NCBI GenBank assembly: GCA_041742355.1
Contig: JBGSIV010000138.1
Span: 1-44,117 of the forward strand
Length of the DNA stretch: 44,117 nt
DNA from: Candidatus Zixiibacteriota bacterium
GTDB lineage: Bacteria; Zixibacteria; MSB-5A5; GN15; FEB-12
Reading direction: 5' to 3'
A program made the position numbers and the translations under genes. The stretch's first letter is position 1; each line of letters starts with the position of its first letter. Of this stretch, positions 1 through 9,541 are shown piece after piece. The notes beneath the pieces are model-generated. The model was not told where the DNA came from and did not search any database. It worked only from the letters and a program-made list of their open reading frames with translations.

Positions 1-31
1 GCCAGCCCCGGCGAGCCTGTTGCGTAAACGA

Positions 32-2428
32 TCAACGGTCAGCGGTGTTTCTGGGCAGGGAAGAACTGATGACTTCTCGTTCGTCCGTGGCGACAGGAAC
101 GCTCAGCTTAGTTACCGGGAAGTCCTCTCCGAGGAAGTAGCCGATGATTCGCGGGAGGAGTTCTCCGACGTCCGGGTTACCGTAGACGTAGCGATACTGG
201 TGCTCGAGTGGCTGACCGGAGATGATGATCCAGCCGTCACCGAAGCTGAACTCCAGAAGGGTCGGCAGGCCCCGGGAGTCGGTGCAGTAGATAGTGGTGC
301 CGTCGGGCAGGTTGATAAACCCCTCATGGCTGGCGTAGTTGTGGTCCATGGTCAATGGGAGTCCAGCGACCAGGGGCAGGTCGGGACTGAAGATGTAGTT
401 ATAGTTGTCGATATAACCACTGGCCTGGACATTGCCTGGGAGAATTACACCGGCGATTGACATCCGACCTGCGTTCCAACCGTTGTCGCAGGCTTCCCAG
501 AGGAGGGTTCCACCGCCATACACGAAGTTGTTGAACCGAACCTGATTGGCAGCGTAGTTGTCATAAAACGCTTGGGCCTGATCGTTGGAAACGATGACCA
601 GGTCCTGTCCCGGGATGAGCTCCATAGTACCGAATTCGCTGGAGGGGATGATCTCGTACGTATTTTGTCCCTGGCTTCCGGGGGAGTAGCCATAGGCTTC
701 AATGACTTCGACCTGTGCATCTATTCCGAAAACAGGCTCTCCCGCAGTGTACCAGGGGATGTTGTCACGAAGGAGTTTGACGTGGGAAGCAGATCCCTGG
801 CCCCCGCCGACGTTGAGTCGGTGGTTGATTTGGTCAGCCAGGCCGTGCGTATCGCGCGCCTCCAGTACCGGCAGGTAAGCTCCCGACTCGGTGTACGCGT
901 GGGTGGCGGCGGGAGACGAACTCCAGGGTGAGTCCCAGGTACCATCGCCGTCGAAATCCCATCGAAACTGCAGCGCCGCCAGATCGTCGTGATCGTCGGT
1001 GGTGCCAGAAGCGTCAAAGGCGAAGATCGTGCCGATGATGCCGGCGGGTGGGTAAATCGTGAAACTGGCTACCGGGGGGACGTCCTCGCTGGATGAGACG
1101 ATCGTTCCTGCCTGCTGAGTCACAAAATAGGTGACTTCGTGAGGAGCGAAGACGATGTCGGAGAAGAAGGGAAATTGTTCATTGACGAAGCCGATGATCT
1201 TGAGCACCGTGCAGGCGTCCTTGAGGATGGTGCCGACCGCGCCGACGAAGTGGGCGGCGGCGCCGTTGCCGCTCTGACCCCAAATCCAGAGGGCAATCGC
1301 CTGGTTGTTGTCGATCACCAGCTTGGCAAACTCGACAAGAAACCCGGAGACATCCCCGTTGGCAATGCACTGGCTGAGCTGGTTGGCACGGTGCGCCGAG
1401 ATGTTCAGGTGGGCTGGCAGCTCGATGAAGTTAGGGACAACCGCGAAGCCGAGCACGAGATCAACGAAGTAGACGACGCTCTGCGCTGTGTTCAGAAGGG
1501 TTGCCCGTCCCATCGGGTCATTGATCTCCGCGATCTTGCCGAAGTCATACCCTTGGCAAACCCGGATGCGATAGTAGCCGTCGCCAAGATCATAGTCGGT
1601 GGTTTGCGGGTCAGTGACCACTATCGGCGGCCAGCCCCACTGGACTGACAGCACCGTTTCCTTACGGTGCAGCGTGACAACTTCTTTCATCTGATTGCCG
1701 GCATTGGGGTAGACGCCAGCCGTGTACCATGCAAAGCGGGGACTGACAAACTGGATGGCCGTTCCCGGAAGATCCTGGATGAAGGGCGGGTCGAAGAGAC
1801 CCTGGATGTTGTCGCCGGACTTGCCAGCGGCGAGCGCTTCGAGAGCGTCCTTCCAGAGATAGACAATTTGCTGGTACAACACTGGATTGGCCTGATAATC
1901 GAGGGCAGTCTCCGGATTGTCTGCGTGGGCGTTCCGGAGCGATTCCAAGAGGGCAAGGAAGTACTCGGATTCCTGCACTGCGGCAAGGTATAGCTCACGG
2001 TCGGCACTTCCAGTTAGAAAAATGTACGGGTTGATGAGAGCCAGCGCCAGAGCAGTCGACGAGTCACTGACGATAGTCGAGTCGGTCGCGGGGTCATACA
2101 GGCCGAGGTATACCGGCGCTCCGGTCGCCTCGGAGGTGACGAGGAGGACCTGGGGCATCTCGGCGACGGGGGCATTGACGGCGAGGGCTCCGTTGCTATC
2201 AACGTCTGCCGAGTCGGCGAAGGAATATACCCTCAGGCCGGCCGGGTTCAATTCTGTTCCTGCTCCGAGCTCAAGCGTTCCCGTCCGCTCTTCAGTCTGG
2301 TATGGTGGACGATACGGCTGAGGGCTTGGGCCGGTAGCCGAATCGCTGCCGCACCCGGTGAGCACGGATAGGCAAACCAAGGTTAGGAGTGTCGGTACAA
2401 ATACCGTGGCTCGTGAGAAAGGTCGCAT
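32..2428 (-). CDS. Exported lipoprotein with a PKD domain, function unknown
   Basis: ATG 2428 has a GGAGG RBS (the track start at 2488 is probably too long). Lipobox LTGC. PKD-like segment FAFDASGTTD...FRWDFDGDGTWD...HAYTESGAY. Confidence 0.75.
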   Translation of the reverse strand: MRPFSRATVFVPTLLTLVCLSVLTGCGSDSATGPSPQPYRPPYQTEERTGTLELGAGTELNPAGLRVYSFADSADVDSNGALAVNAPVAEMPQVLLVTSEATGAPVYLGLYDPATDSTIVSDSSTALALALINPYIFLTGSADRELYLAAVQESEYFLALLESLRNAHADNPETALDYQANPVLYQQIVYLWKDALEALAAGKSGDNIQGLFDPPFIQDLPGTAIQFVSPRFAWYTAGVYPNAGNQMKEVVTLHRKETVLSVQWGWPPIVVTDPQTTDYDLGDGYYRIRVCQGYDFGKIAEINDPMGRATLLNTAQSVVYFVDLVLGFAVVPNFIELPAHLNISAHRANQLSQCIANGDVSGFLVEFAKLVIDNNQAIALWIWGQSGNGAAAHFVGAVGTILKDACTVLKIIGFVNEQFPFFSDIVFAPHEVTYFVTQQAGTIVSSSEDVPPVASFTIYPPAGIIGTIFAFDASGTTDDHDDLAALQFRWDFDGDGTWDSPWSSSPAATHAYTESGAYLPVLEARDTHGLADQINHRLNVGGGQGSASHVKLLRDNIPWYTAGEPVFGIDAQVEVIEAYGYSPGSQGQNTYEIIPSSEFGTMELIPGQDLVIVSNDQAQAFYDNYAANQVRFNNFVYGGGTLLWEACDNGWNAGRMSIAGVILPGNVQASGYIDNYNYIFSPDLPLVAGLPLTMDHNYASHEGFINLPDGTTIYCTDSRGLPTLLEFSFGDGWIIISGQPLEHQYRYVYGNPDVGELLPRIIGYFLGEDFPVTKLSVPVATDEREVISSSLPRNTADR

Positions 2429-2660
2429 GTGAACCTCCGTGAGTAGATTGGAAAGACGCTGAGCGCCATGAATGTCAGTTAAAGGCACGCAACCCAGCAG
2501 TTCTTCTGTGTACCTAAGGATACAGTAATTCCGTGGATTAGCAAGTCCATTTGCTGACTTCTGGCCGCGAGTTCGCGGGCGGCAGAGTTGTGCTTCGCGT
2601 CCGAGTTTTAGGTTGCGTTGGATTCCTAATTGTCTAATTTAGAGCTTTGTTGCTGCTTCC

Positions 2661-2839
2661 AGGGATCCCACAGCAAGCTGTGGGCTACTCATGTGCCGGG
2701 CATGGTCGTACCGCCTGACACCACACTTGAGGGGATGCCAAAGCAAGCTCTGGGCGACCCGATTACAAGTCGGCCACGCGAACCCCACCATGAGAATGGT
2801 GGGCCACCGTGCCACCCTGAGCGGAGTCGAAGGGTGACG
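2661..2839. repeat. Cluster of five short intergenic hairpins (REP-like)
   Basis: Palindromes at 2667-2684, 2693-2721, 2737-2754, 2784-2803 and 2813-2836. 2661-2688 and 2731-2758 match at 23/28 nt. Confidence 0.65.
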
Positions 2840-2883
2840 CCATAAGAATATCGAACGAAACGATTTGACATAAGGATCCGAAC

Positions 2884-4602
2884 ATGCGCTGGACGCACAC
2901 CTACATCCCGACTCTCCGCGAGAACCAGGCCGAGGCCGAACTTGTCTCGCACCAACTCCTCCTGCGCGGGGGGTTCATCCGCAAACTGGCTTCCGGCGTG
3001 TATATCTACCTGCCCTTGATGCAGCGGGTGATCCACAAGTTCTCGGAAATCGTGCGCGAAGAAATGAACCGCGCCGGCGGACTTGAGATCACGATGTCGG
3101 TGCTCTGCCCGGCCGAGGTCTGGCAGGAGACGGGGCGCTACTGGACGGTCGGCAAGGAACAGATGCGCCTCAAGGACCGTCACCAGCACGAAATGGTCCT
3201 GTGCGGCACCCACGAAGAAACGGTCACCAACCTGGTCCGCGGCGAGGTCAAATCGTACCGCCAGCTCCCGATGAACCTGTACCAGATCCAGGTCAAGTTC
3301 CGCGACGAAATCCGCCCCCGGTTCGGCCTGATGCGCGGCCGGGAGTTCATCATGAAGGACGCCTACTCGTTCGACACCAACGAGGAGTCATTTGCCAATT
3401 CCTACCAGGCGATGGTCGATGCCTACTATCGGGTGTTCCGGCGGGCCGGGTTCGAGCCGGTCAAGGTCGAATCCGACACCGGGGCGATGGGCGGGAAGGC
3501 GGCGCACGAGTTCATGCTCCTGGTCGACACCGAGGCCGGGGAAGAGATTATCATGTTCTGTGATGCCTGCAACTATGCGGCGAATGTCGAGAAGGCGACT
3601 TTTCGTGACCCGATGAACATTCCGGCCGAAACTGACCTGAAGCCGATGGCAACGGTCGATACGCCGAAGGCGGCGACGATCGAGGAGGTTACGGCGTTCC
3701 TGAAAGTCCCGGCCCATAAGCTGGTGAAGACACTGCTGTACATGGCCGACGGCAAGGCGGTGGCGGCGCTGGTGCGTGGGGATCGGGAACTGAACGAGAT
3801 CAAGCTCAAGAATGCGATCGGGGCTATCGAACTGGAGATGGCGACAGCCGCGCAGGTCGAGGAGTTCACGAAAGCCCCGGTCGGGTTTGCCGGGCCGGTT
3901 GGGCTCAAAGATGTGCCGCTCTATGTCGACCCGCTTGTGATGCAAATGCAGAACTTCATCGTTGGGGCGAATGCCTTTGAGAAACATATACTTAATGTCA
4001 ATGCCAACCGCGACTTCAAGGCCGCGAAAGTGGTCGACCTGAGCAAGGCAAAGGCCGGGGACATCTGCCCGAACTGCGACGGTCACATGGTCGCCAAGAA
4101 CGGCATCGAGGTCGGCAACACGTTTATGCTCGGGACCAAGTACTCGGATTCCCTGGGGGCAAAGTTCCTTGATGCCGATGGCAAGGAGAAGCCGATCCTG
4201 ATGGGATCGTACGGGATCGGGATCACCCGCACGCCACAGGCGGTGCTGGAACGGTTCCACGATGCGAAGGGGATCATCTGGCCGAAGCAGATCGCACCCT
4301 ATCTCGTTAATTTGATACCAGTTAACATGGACAAGCCGGAACACCAGGCGGTCGCTGAGAAAATCTACACCCAGCTCAATGCGGTGGGGATCGATGTGCT
4401 GTGGGATGACCGGACCGAGCGTGCGGGGGTGAAGTTCAACGATGCCGATCTGATCGGGCTGCCGGTACGTATCGTTATCGGCGACAAGACGTTGGCTGAG
4501 GGAAAGGTTGAGCTGAAAGCCCGGGCTGGCGGGGAAACCCAGTTGGTGCCGATCGATGAGATTGTAGGGGCGGTTCGGACGCTTCTGGACTCCCTCAATT
4601 AA
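2884..4602 (+). CDS. proS: Proline--tRNA ligase (bacterial type with INS editing domain)
   Basis: SHQLLLRGG, KFRDEIRPRFGLMRGREF, GIEVGNTF, MGSYGIG and C-terminal GVKFNDADLIG. Confidence 0.98.
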   Translation: MRWTHTYIPTLRENQAEAELVSHQLLLRGGFIRKLASGVYIYLPLMQRVIHKFSEIVREEMNRAGGLEITMSVLCPAEVWQETGRYWTVGKEQMRLKDRHQHEMVLCGTHEETVTNLVRGEVKSYRQLPMNLYQIQVKFRDEIRPRFGLMRGREFIMKDAYSFDTNEESFANSYQAMVDAYYRVFRRAGFEPVKVESDTGAMGGKAAHEFMLLVDTEAGEEIIMFCDACNYAANVEKATFRDPMNIPAETDLKPMATVDTPKAATIEEVTAFLKVPAHKLVKTLLYMADGKAVAALVRGDRELNEIKLKNAIGAIELEMATAAQVEEFTKAPVGFAGPVGLKDVPLYVDPLVMQMQNFIVGANAFEKHILNVNANRDFKAAKVVDLSKAKAGDICPNCDGHMVAKNGIEVGNTFMLGTKYSDSLGAKFLDADGKEKPILMGSYGIGITRTPQAVLERFHDAKGIIWPKQIAPYLVNLIPVNMDKPEHQAVAEKIYTQLNAVGIDVLWDDRTERAGVKFNDADLIGLPVRIVIGDKTLAEGKVELKARAGGETQLVPIDEIVGAVRTLLDSLN

Positions 4603-4619
4603 TTGGGCCTTTTTTAGGG

Positions 4620-4648
4620 TTGCGCAGGAACCCAAGTTCCCATATATT
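4620..4648 (+). promoter_or_regulatory. Putative sigma70 promoter of the rimP operon
   Basis: TTGCGC (4620-25), 17-nt spacer, TATATT (4643-48). Confidence 0.6.
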
Positions 4649-4659
4649 AACGGATTCTG

Positions 4660-4682
4660 GGTGGGCGTCAGCCCACCTTTTT
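4660..4682 (+). promoter_or_regulatory. rimP leader-like attenuator hairpin
   Basis: GGTGGGC-gtca-GCCCACC followed by TTTTT, between the promoter and the rimP start. Matches the known GGGc...gCCC rimP-leader pattern and position. Confidence 0.7.
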
Positions 4683-4700
4683 GCACTGGATAGGTTTGTG

Positions 4701-5156
4701 ATGGCGAGTGTAAACGAACGACATCGGATCGAACTGCTGGAGCTGCTCGATCGGCCGCTGGCCGCCGAGGGCGCGGAGATCGCCGAGTTGGTGCTCTCAA
4801 CGTATAAGAAGAGCACCACGATTCGCATCTACCTCTATTCACAGCATGGCGCCACGCTTGACGAATGTAGCCGGTTGTCCCGGATAATCGGCGACTTGAT
4901 AGATGGAACTGAATGGTTTGAAAACGGTTATACCTTGGAGGTCTCATCGCCGGGACTGGACCGTCCGCTCACTCATGCGCGCGATTTTAAGCATCGGACA
5001 GGCGAGCTCGTTCGCATCGAGTTTGTCGATGACGCGCGCAAGAAGCTGACCGCGGAGATCCTGTCCGCCACCGATACGGAAGTTGAATTGCAGGCCGGCG
5101 ATGATGTTATCCGAATACCTCTGAGCGAAATCAAGCGGGCAAAAATCGTATTTTGA
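4701..5156 (+). CDS. rimP: Ribosome maturation factor RimP
   Basis: YTLEVSSPGLDRPL motif; lies before nusA. ATG 4701 preferred over TTG 4620. Confidence 0.95.
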   Translation: MASVNERHRIELLELLDRPLAAEGAEIAELVLSTYKKSTTIRIYLYSQHGATLDECSRLSRIIGDLIDGTEWFENGYTLEVSSPGLDRPLTHARDFKHRTGELVRIEFVDDARKKLTAEILSATDTEVELQAGDDVIRIPLSEIKRAKIVF

Positions 5157-5169
5157 TGGAGATGTCCAT

Positions 5170-6615
5170 ATGTCGTTTGACATGATCGAAGCGATGACCC
5201 AAATCGCGCGGGAAAAGAACATTGAATTCGAGGCGGTGCTGGAGACGCTCGAGGCCGGTCTCATGGCCGCCGCCAAGAAGAAGTACAACTTTACCGACAA
5301 CATCACTTTCCGCTTCGATAAGAAGGGCAACGAACTGCTCATGATGGCGACCAAACGGGTCGTCGATCCCGTGACCGACCCGAATGTCGAAATGACGCTG
5401 GCCGAGGCCAAGGATATCGATCCGGAAGCGGAGTTGGGCGACGAGATCGACATCTACATCGATTACGAAGTGGAATTCGGCCGCAACGCGATCGCGGCGG
5501 CCAAGCAGATTTTGATTCAGAAGGTCCGCGAGGCGGAACGGGATCGGATTTACGACGAGTATATCGACAAGGTGAACACGCTCATTTCGGGCGTTGTGCA
5601 GCAGGTCGACAAGGGGAACGTGATAGTCAACCTCGGCCGGGGTGAAGGCATCCTGCCGATCAAGGAGCAGATCCCGCGCGAGAAGTTTCGCCAGGGGGAC
5701 CGTATCCGGGCGTACATTCTCGATGTGCAGAAGGCCAGCCGTGGGCCGCAGGTGGTTCTGTCGCGGGTGAGCAATGATTTCCTGCGCAAGCTGTTCGAGC
5801 TGGAAGTGCCCGAGATTTATGAGCGCGTGATCGAGATCAAGGCGATCGCCCGCGAACCAGGCGAACGGGCGAAGGTGGCGGTGTATTCCTCGGATGACCG
5901 GATAGACCCTGTCGGCGCATGTGTCGGGATCAAGGGTGTCCGCGTTCAAGCGATCGTGCGCGAGTTGAACAACGAACGAATTGACATCGTGCCGTGGTCG
6001 GGCAACCCGGAGGTTTTCGTGACCCGGGCGCTGGCGCCGGCCAAGGTGGTCAATATCGATATCGAGGACGGCGAGCAGAAGATGACGGTGGCGGTCGAGG
6101 ATGACAAGCTGTCGCTGGCGATCGGCCGCAACGGGCAGAACGCCCGTTTGGCCTCCAAGCTGACCGGCTGGAAGGTCAATATCATGTCCGAGACCGAGTA
6201 CAACGAGATGAAGCATCGCGAGGCGGAGATGCTTGTGCCGGTAGGCCGTCTCGAAGGGGTCGGGCCGAAGCTCGAGGAGCGGCTGGCCGACCACAATATC
6301 GGTTCGGTCCAGCGGTTGGCCAGCGCTACGGTCGAGTCGCTGGTGAAGATCGAGGGGCTGGGCGAGAAGACGGCCGAGACTCTCATCGAGCGGGCCAAGG
6401 CGTTTGTGATTGAGCTCGAAAAGGATTACGAGCGCAAGAAAGCAGCCGAGCGGGCCGAAGCGGCCCGGCAGCCTTCCGAGGCGCAGGCCGATGACAAGCT
6501 GCGCGAGGAAGACGTCTTTGAAAGTGATGACGAGGATTCCGCGACCGAAGCCGACGAGCACGAGGAAGCTGACGCTCCGGGTACGGAAGACATCGACGAA
6601 GAAGAGAAAGCGTAA
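5170..6615 (+). CDS. nusA: Transcription termination factor NusA
   Basis: FGRNAIAAAKQ, S1 and KH domains, DPVGACVG, AIGRNGQNARLASKLTGW; C-terminal HhH-like repeats and acidic tail. Confidence 0.98.
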   Translation: MSFDMIEAMTQIAREKNIEFEAVLETLEAGLMAAAKKKYNFTDNITFRFDKKGNELLMMATKRVVDPVTDPNVEMTLAEAKDIDPEAELGDEIDIYIDYEVEFGRNAIAAAKQILIQKVREAERDRIYDEYIDKVNTLISGVVQQVDKGNVIVNLGRGEGILPIKEQIPREKFRQGDRIRAYILDVQKASRGPQVVLSRVSNDFLRKLFELEVPEIYERVIEIKAIAREPGERAKVAVYSSDDRIDPVGACVGIKGVRVQAIVRELNNERIDIVPWSGNPEVFVTRALAPAKVVNIDIEDGEQKMTVAVEDDKLSLAIGRNGQNARLASKLTGWKVNIMSETEYNEMKHREAEMLVPVGRLEGVGPKLEERLADHNIGSVQRLASATVESLVKIEGLGEKTAETLIERAKAFVIELEKDYERKKAAERAEAARQPSEAQADDKLREEDVFESDDEDSATEADEHEEADAPGTEDIDEEEKA

Positions 6616-6684
6616 GGTCCAAGCATTCGGACGAATGATCGGATACAACCAACGGGCATATCGTCCGGGGAGGTAGCACCAGAG

Positions 6685-8892
6685 ATGGGAGAGACGAAAC
6701 GTATATATGAGTTAGCCAAGGAGTACAAGATCTCCTCGCCTGCCATGGTGTCGGTGCTGCGCGAGCTCAAGTTCGAGCCGAAGTCCCACATGTCCATTGC
6801 CACGCCCGAGATGATCGACGCGGTGGTGAAGAAGTTCGCCGCCGAGAAGCAGGAAGCGAAGAAGGAAATGGAGCATCGGGCGCAGGTCAAGGAGGCGGCC
6901 GAGCGCAAAGCGACGCGCATCGGGGGGATCAAGGTGGACGACTCCAAGTCGGATGTCGCCGGCTGGATGCGCCGCTTCGAGAAGAAGCAGAAGAAGAAGG
7001 ACCGCAGAAAACGCAAAGGACGGCACGTGGTTGACAAGACCGCTGTAGCAAAGAGCTTTCGATCAACCATGGCGACGTTGACGAGCACCAAAGGCAAGAA
7101 GAAGTACCGCCGCGCCGCCGACGGCCGGCAGATCGAGATCATAGAGGAAAACGTTCTCGAGGTCAACGAGTTCATGTCGGTGGCCGAACTGGCCGCGCTC
7201 ATGGACCGCAAGCCGGCCGAACTCATCACCAAGCTCTTCGAGATGGGGATGATGGCGACGATCAACCAGCGCCTCGAGATGGACACGATCGAACTGCTTT
7301 CGGCGGAGTTCGGTTTCGAGACGCGCAAGATCAGCGAGATCGGTGAGGACGCCAAGGAGGAAGAGCGGACGGCCAATCTCGAGCGGCGCGCCCCGGTCGT
7401 CACGATCATGGGACACGTCGACCACGGCAAGACGTCGCTTCTGGATTTCATCCGTCACACGAACGTGGCGGCGGGCGAGGCCGGGTTGATCACCCAGCAC
7501 ATCGGCGCTTACGAGGTGGAAAAAGACGGCGGCCGGATCACGTTCCTCGACACGCCCGGTCACGAGGCGTTCACCGCGATGCGTGCCCGAGGCAGCCAGG
7601 TGACGGACATTATCGTCCTGGTGGTAGCGGCCGACGACGGCGTGCAGCCCCAGACGGTGGAAGCTATCGACCACGCTCGGGCGGCCAATGTGCCGATTAT
7701 CGTCGCAATCAACAAGATCGACAAGCCGACGGCGAATCCGGATATCGTCAAGACCCAGCTGGCCAATCACAATCTCAATCCCGAGGACTGGGGCGGCAAG
7801 ACGATCATGGTTGAGGTCTCGGCAAAGTCGGGCAAGGGTGTCGACCGCCTGCTCGAGATGATTTTGTTGCAGGCCGAAATGATGGATCTTCAGGCCGACC
7901 CGACTATCCGCGGTCAGGGTGTCATCATCGATTCCCGCCTGGAGCGGGGGCGTGGCCCGGTGGTCGCGGTGCTCATTCAGAAGGGCACCTGCTACATTGG
8001 TGACTCGATCGTGGCGGGCACGTGTGCCGGTCGCGTTCGGGCCATTGTGGACGATCGGGAGCGGCATCTTGAGGAGGTCGGACCGTCGTGCCCCGCGCAG
8101 ATCACCGGCCTTGACGGTGTCCCGCAGGCCGGCGACAGCTTCATGGTGGTTGAGAGCGACCAGGAAGCCAAGGAGATCGTGCTGCGCCGGAGCCAGATCA
8201 AACGCGAGCAGGATGTCCGCCGCACGCACGGTCGGATGTCGCTCGATCGCGTTTTCGATCGGATCAAAGAAGGCCAGATCAAGGAGCTCCGCCTGATTAT
8301 CAAGGCGGATGTCGACGGCTCGGTGGAGGTGCTCTCCGATACGCTGAGCAAGATTCCGAGCGACGAGGTGAAGGTCAACGTGATTCGCCAGGGGGTCGGG
8401 GCGATTACCGAGTCCGACGTGCTGCTTGCGGCGGCGTCCGACGCCATCATTATCGGTTTCCAGATTTCGCCGGATGCGCGGGCGCGTGAAGTGGCCAAGC
8501 AGGAGTCGGTCGATGTCCGGCTCTACGATATCATTTACGAGGCGGAGCAGGATGTCCGCAAGGCGCTCGAGGGGCTGCTGGCTCCGACCGTGCGCGAAGA
8601 GTTTGTCGGCATGTGCGAGGTGCGCAATACGTTCCGCGTGCCGAAGGTCGGTGTTATCGCCGGCTGCTACGTGAAGGAGGGACGGGTCAACCGGAAGGAC
8701 AACATCCGCCTGGTGCGCGACGGCAAGGTGGTGTTCCGGGGCGTGATCTCGTCGCTTAAGCGGTTCAAGGATGATGCCCGCGAAGTCAAAGAGGGCTTCG
8801 AGTGCGGAATCGGCATCGAACGGTTCGACGACATCAAGGTGGGCGATCAGATCGAGTGCCTGGAGGTCGTTGAGGAAGCCCGGACGCTGTAG
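6685..8892 (+). CDS. infB: Translation initiation factor IF-2
   Basis: [44 protein letters not shown]. Confidence 0.99.
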   Translation: MGETKRIYELAKEYKISSPAMVSVLRELKFEPKSHMSIATPEMIDAVVKKFAAEKQEAKKEMEHRAQVKEAAERKATRIGGIKVDDSKSDVAGWMRRFEKKQKKKDRRKRKGRHVVDKTAVAKSFRSTMATLTSTKGKKKYRRAADGRQIEIIEENVLEVNEFMSVAELAALMDRKPAELITKLFEMGMMATINQRLEMDTIELLSAEFGFETRKISEIGEDAKEEERTANLERRAPVVTIMGHVDHGKTSLLDFIRHTNVAAGEAGLITQHIGAYEVEKDGGRITFLDTPGHEAFTAMRARGSQVTDIIVLVVAADDGVQPQTVEAIDHARAANVPIIVAINKIDKPTANPDIVKTQLANHNLNPEDWGGKTIMVEVSAKSGKGVDRLLEMILLQAEMMDLQADPTIRGQGVIIDSRLERGRGPVVAVLIQKGTCYIGDSIVAGTCAGRVRAIVDDRERHLEEVGPSCPAQITGLDGVPQAGDSFMVVESDQEAKEIVLRRSQIKREQDVRRTHGRMSLDRVFDRIKEGQIKELRLIIKADVDGSVEVLSDTLSKIPSDEVKVNVIRQGVGAITESDVLLAAASDAIIIGFQISPDARAREVAKQESVDVRLYDIIYEAEQDVRKALEGLLAPTVREEFVGMCEVRNTFRVPKVGVIAGCYVKEGRVNRKDNIRLVRDGKVVFRGVISSLKRFKDDAREVKEGFECGIGIERFDDIKVGDQIECLEVVEEARTL

Positions 8893-8900
8893 GGCCGGCG

Positions 8901-9182
8901 GTGGTTACGGTTGTTCTGAGGATTCGCCTGGATCTGCCGGCGGTCGACTCGCTCAAGGGAAAGCGCCGCATCCTGAAGTCGCTGATTACGCGCCTGCGCA
9001 ACGACTTCAACATTTCGGTGTCCGAGGTTGATTTGCAGGACCAGTTGCGGGTGGCTGTTCTCGGCGCCGCTGTGGTCAGCAACAGCGGCAGTTTTGGGCA
9101 CCAGGTAATGGCCAAGGTGATTTCGCGGATCGGATCCGAGCACGAGGTCATTCTGGCGGACTATATAACGGAGACGTACTGA
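8901..9182 (+). CDS. DUF503 (YlxP-like) protein
   Basis: SLKGKRRILKSL...FNISVSEVD motif; canonical position between infB and rbfA. Confidence 0.88.
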   Translation: MVTVVLRIRLDLPAVDSLKGKRRILKSLITRLRNDFNISVSEVDLQDQLRVAVLGAAVVSNSGSFGHQVMAKVISRIGSEHEVILADYITETY

Positions 9183-9541
9183 TGGCCGACGAGCGACGCC
9201 GATCGCGAGTGGAAGAACAGATGCACCGGGACATCTCGACCCTGACTGCCCAGGAGTTGGCCGAACATGTCCCGGGCATGGTTACGTTTACCCGGGTTCG
9301 TCTGACCAAGGACCTGAAGTACGCCACCATCTACTACTCGGTGCTCGGCGATGAGGCGGTCCGGGAGCGGGCGGCGGCCTATTTGGACAGGGAGAAACGG
9401 CGCATCCGGCAGATGGTAGGGTCCGGGCTGCGCATGCGGTTCATACCGGAATTTACCTTCAAGTTCGACCCGTCGATTGAAGAGAGCATTCGAATTCAAC
9501 AGCTGCTGGATGGAATCAAGAACGACACAAAAAATGACTGA
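9182..9541 (+). CDS. rbfA: Ribosome-binding factor A
   Basis: VRLTKDLKYATIYYS, MRFIPEFTFKFDPSIE; synteny. Confidence 0.95.
   Translation: MADERRRSRVEEQMHRDISTLTAQELAEHVPGMVTFTRVRLTKDLKYATIYYSVLGDEAVRERAAAYLDREKRRIRQMVGSGLRMRFIPEFTFKFDPSIEESIRIQQLLDGIKNDTKND

Noticed and set aside
2509..2524. TGTACCTAAGGATACA shares the TACCTAAGG core with the RHH operator
   Set aside because: Only 9 bp, an imperfect palindrome, 41 kb from the island; compatible with chance.
2630..2845. 71-aa ORF across the hairpin cluster
   Set aside because: TTG start without an RBS; it simply translates repeat DNA.
2640..2883. T-box riboswitch or CRISPR array upstream of proS
   Set aside because: No T-box consensus (TGGNACC) or terminator U tract found; the repeats are degenerate and irregularly spaced, and there are no cas genes.
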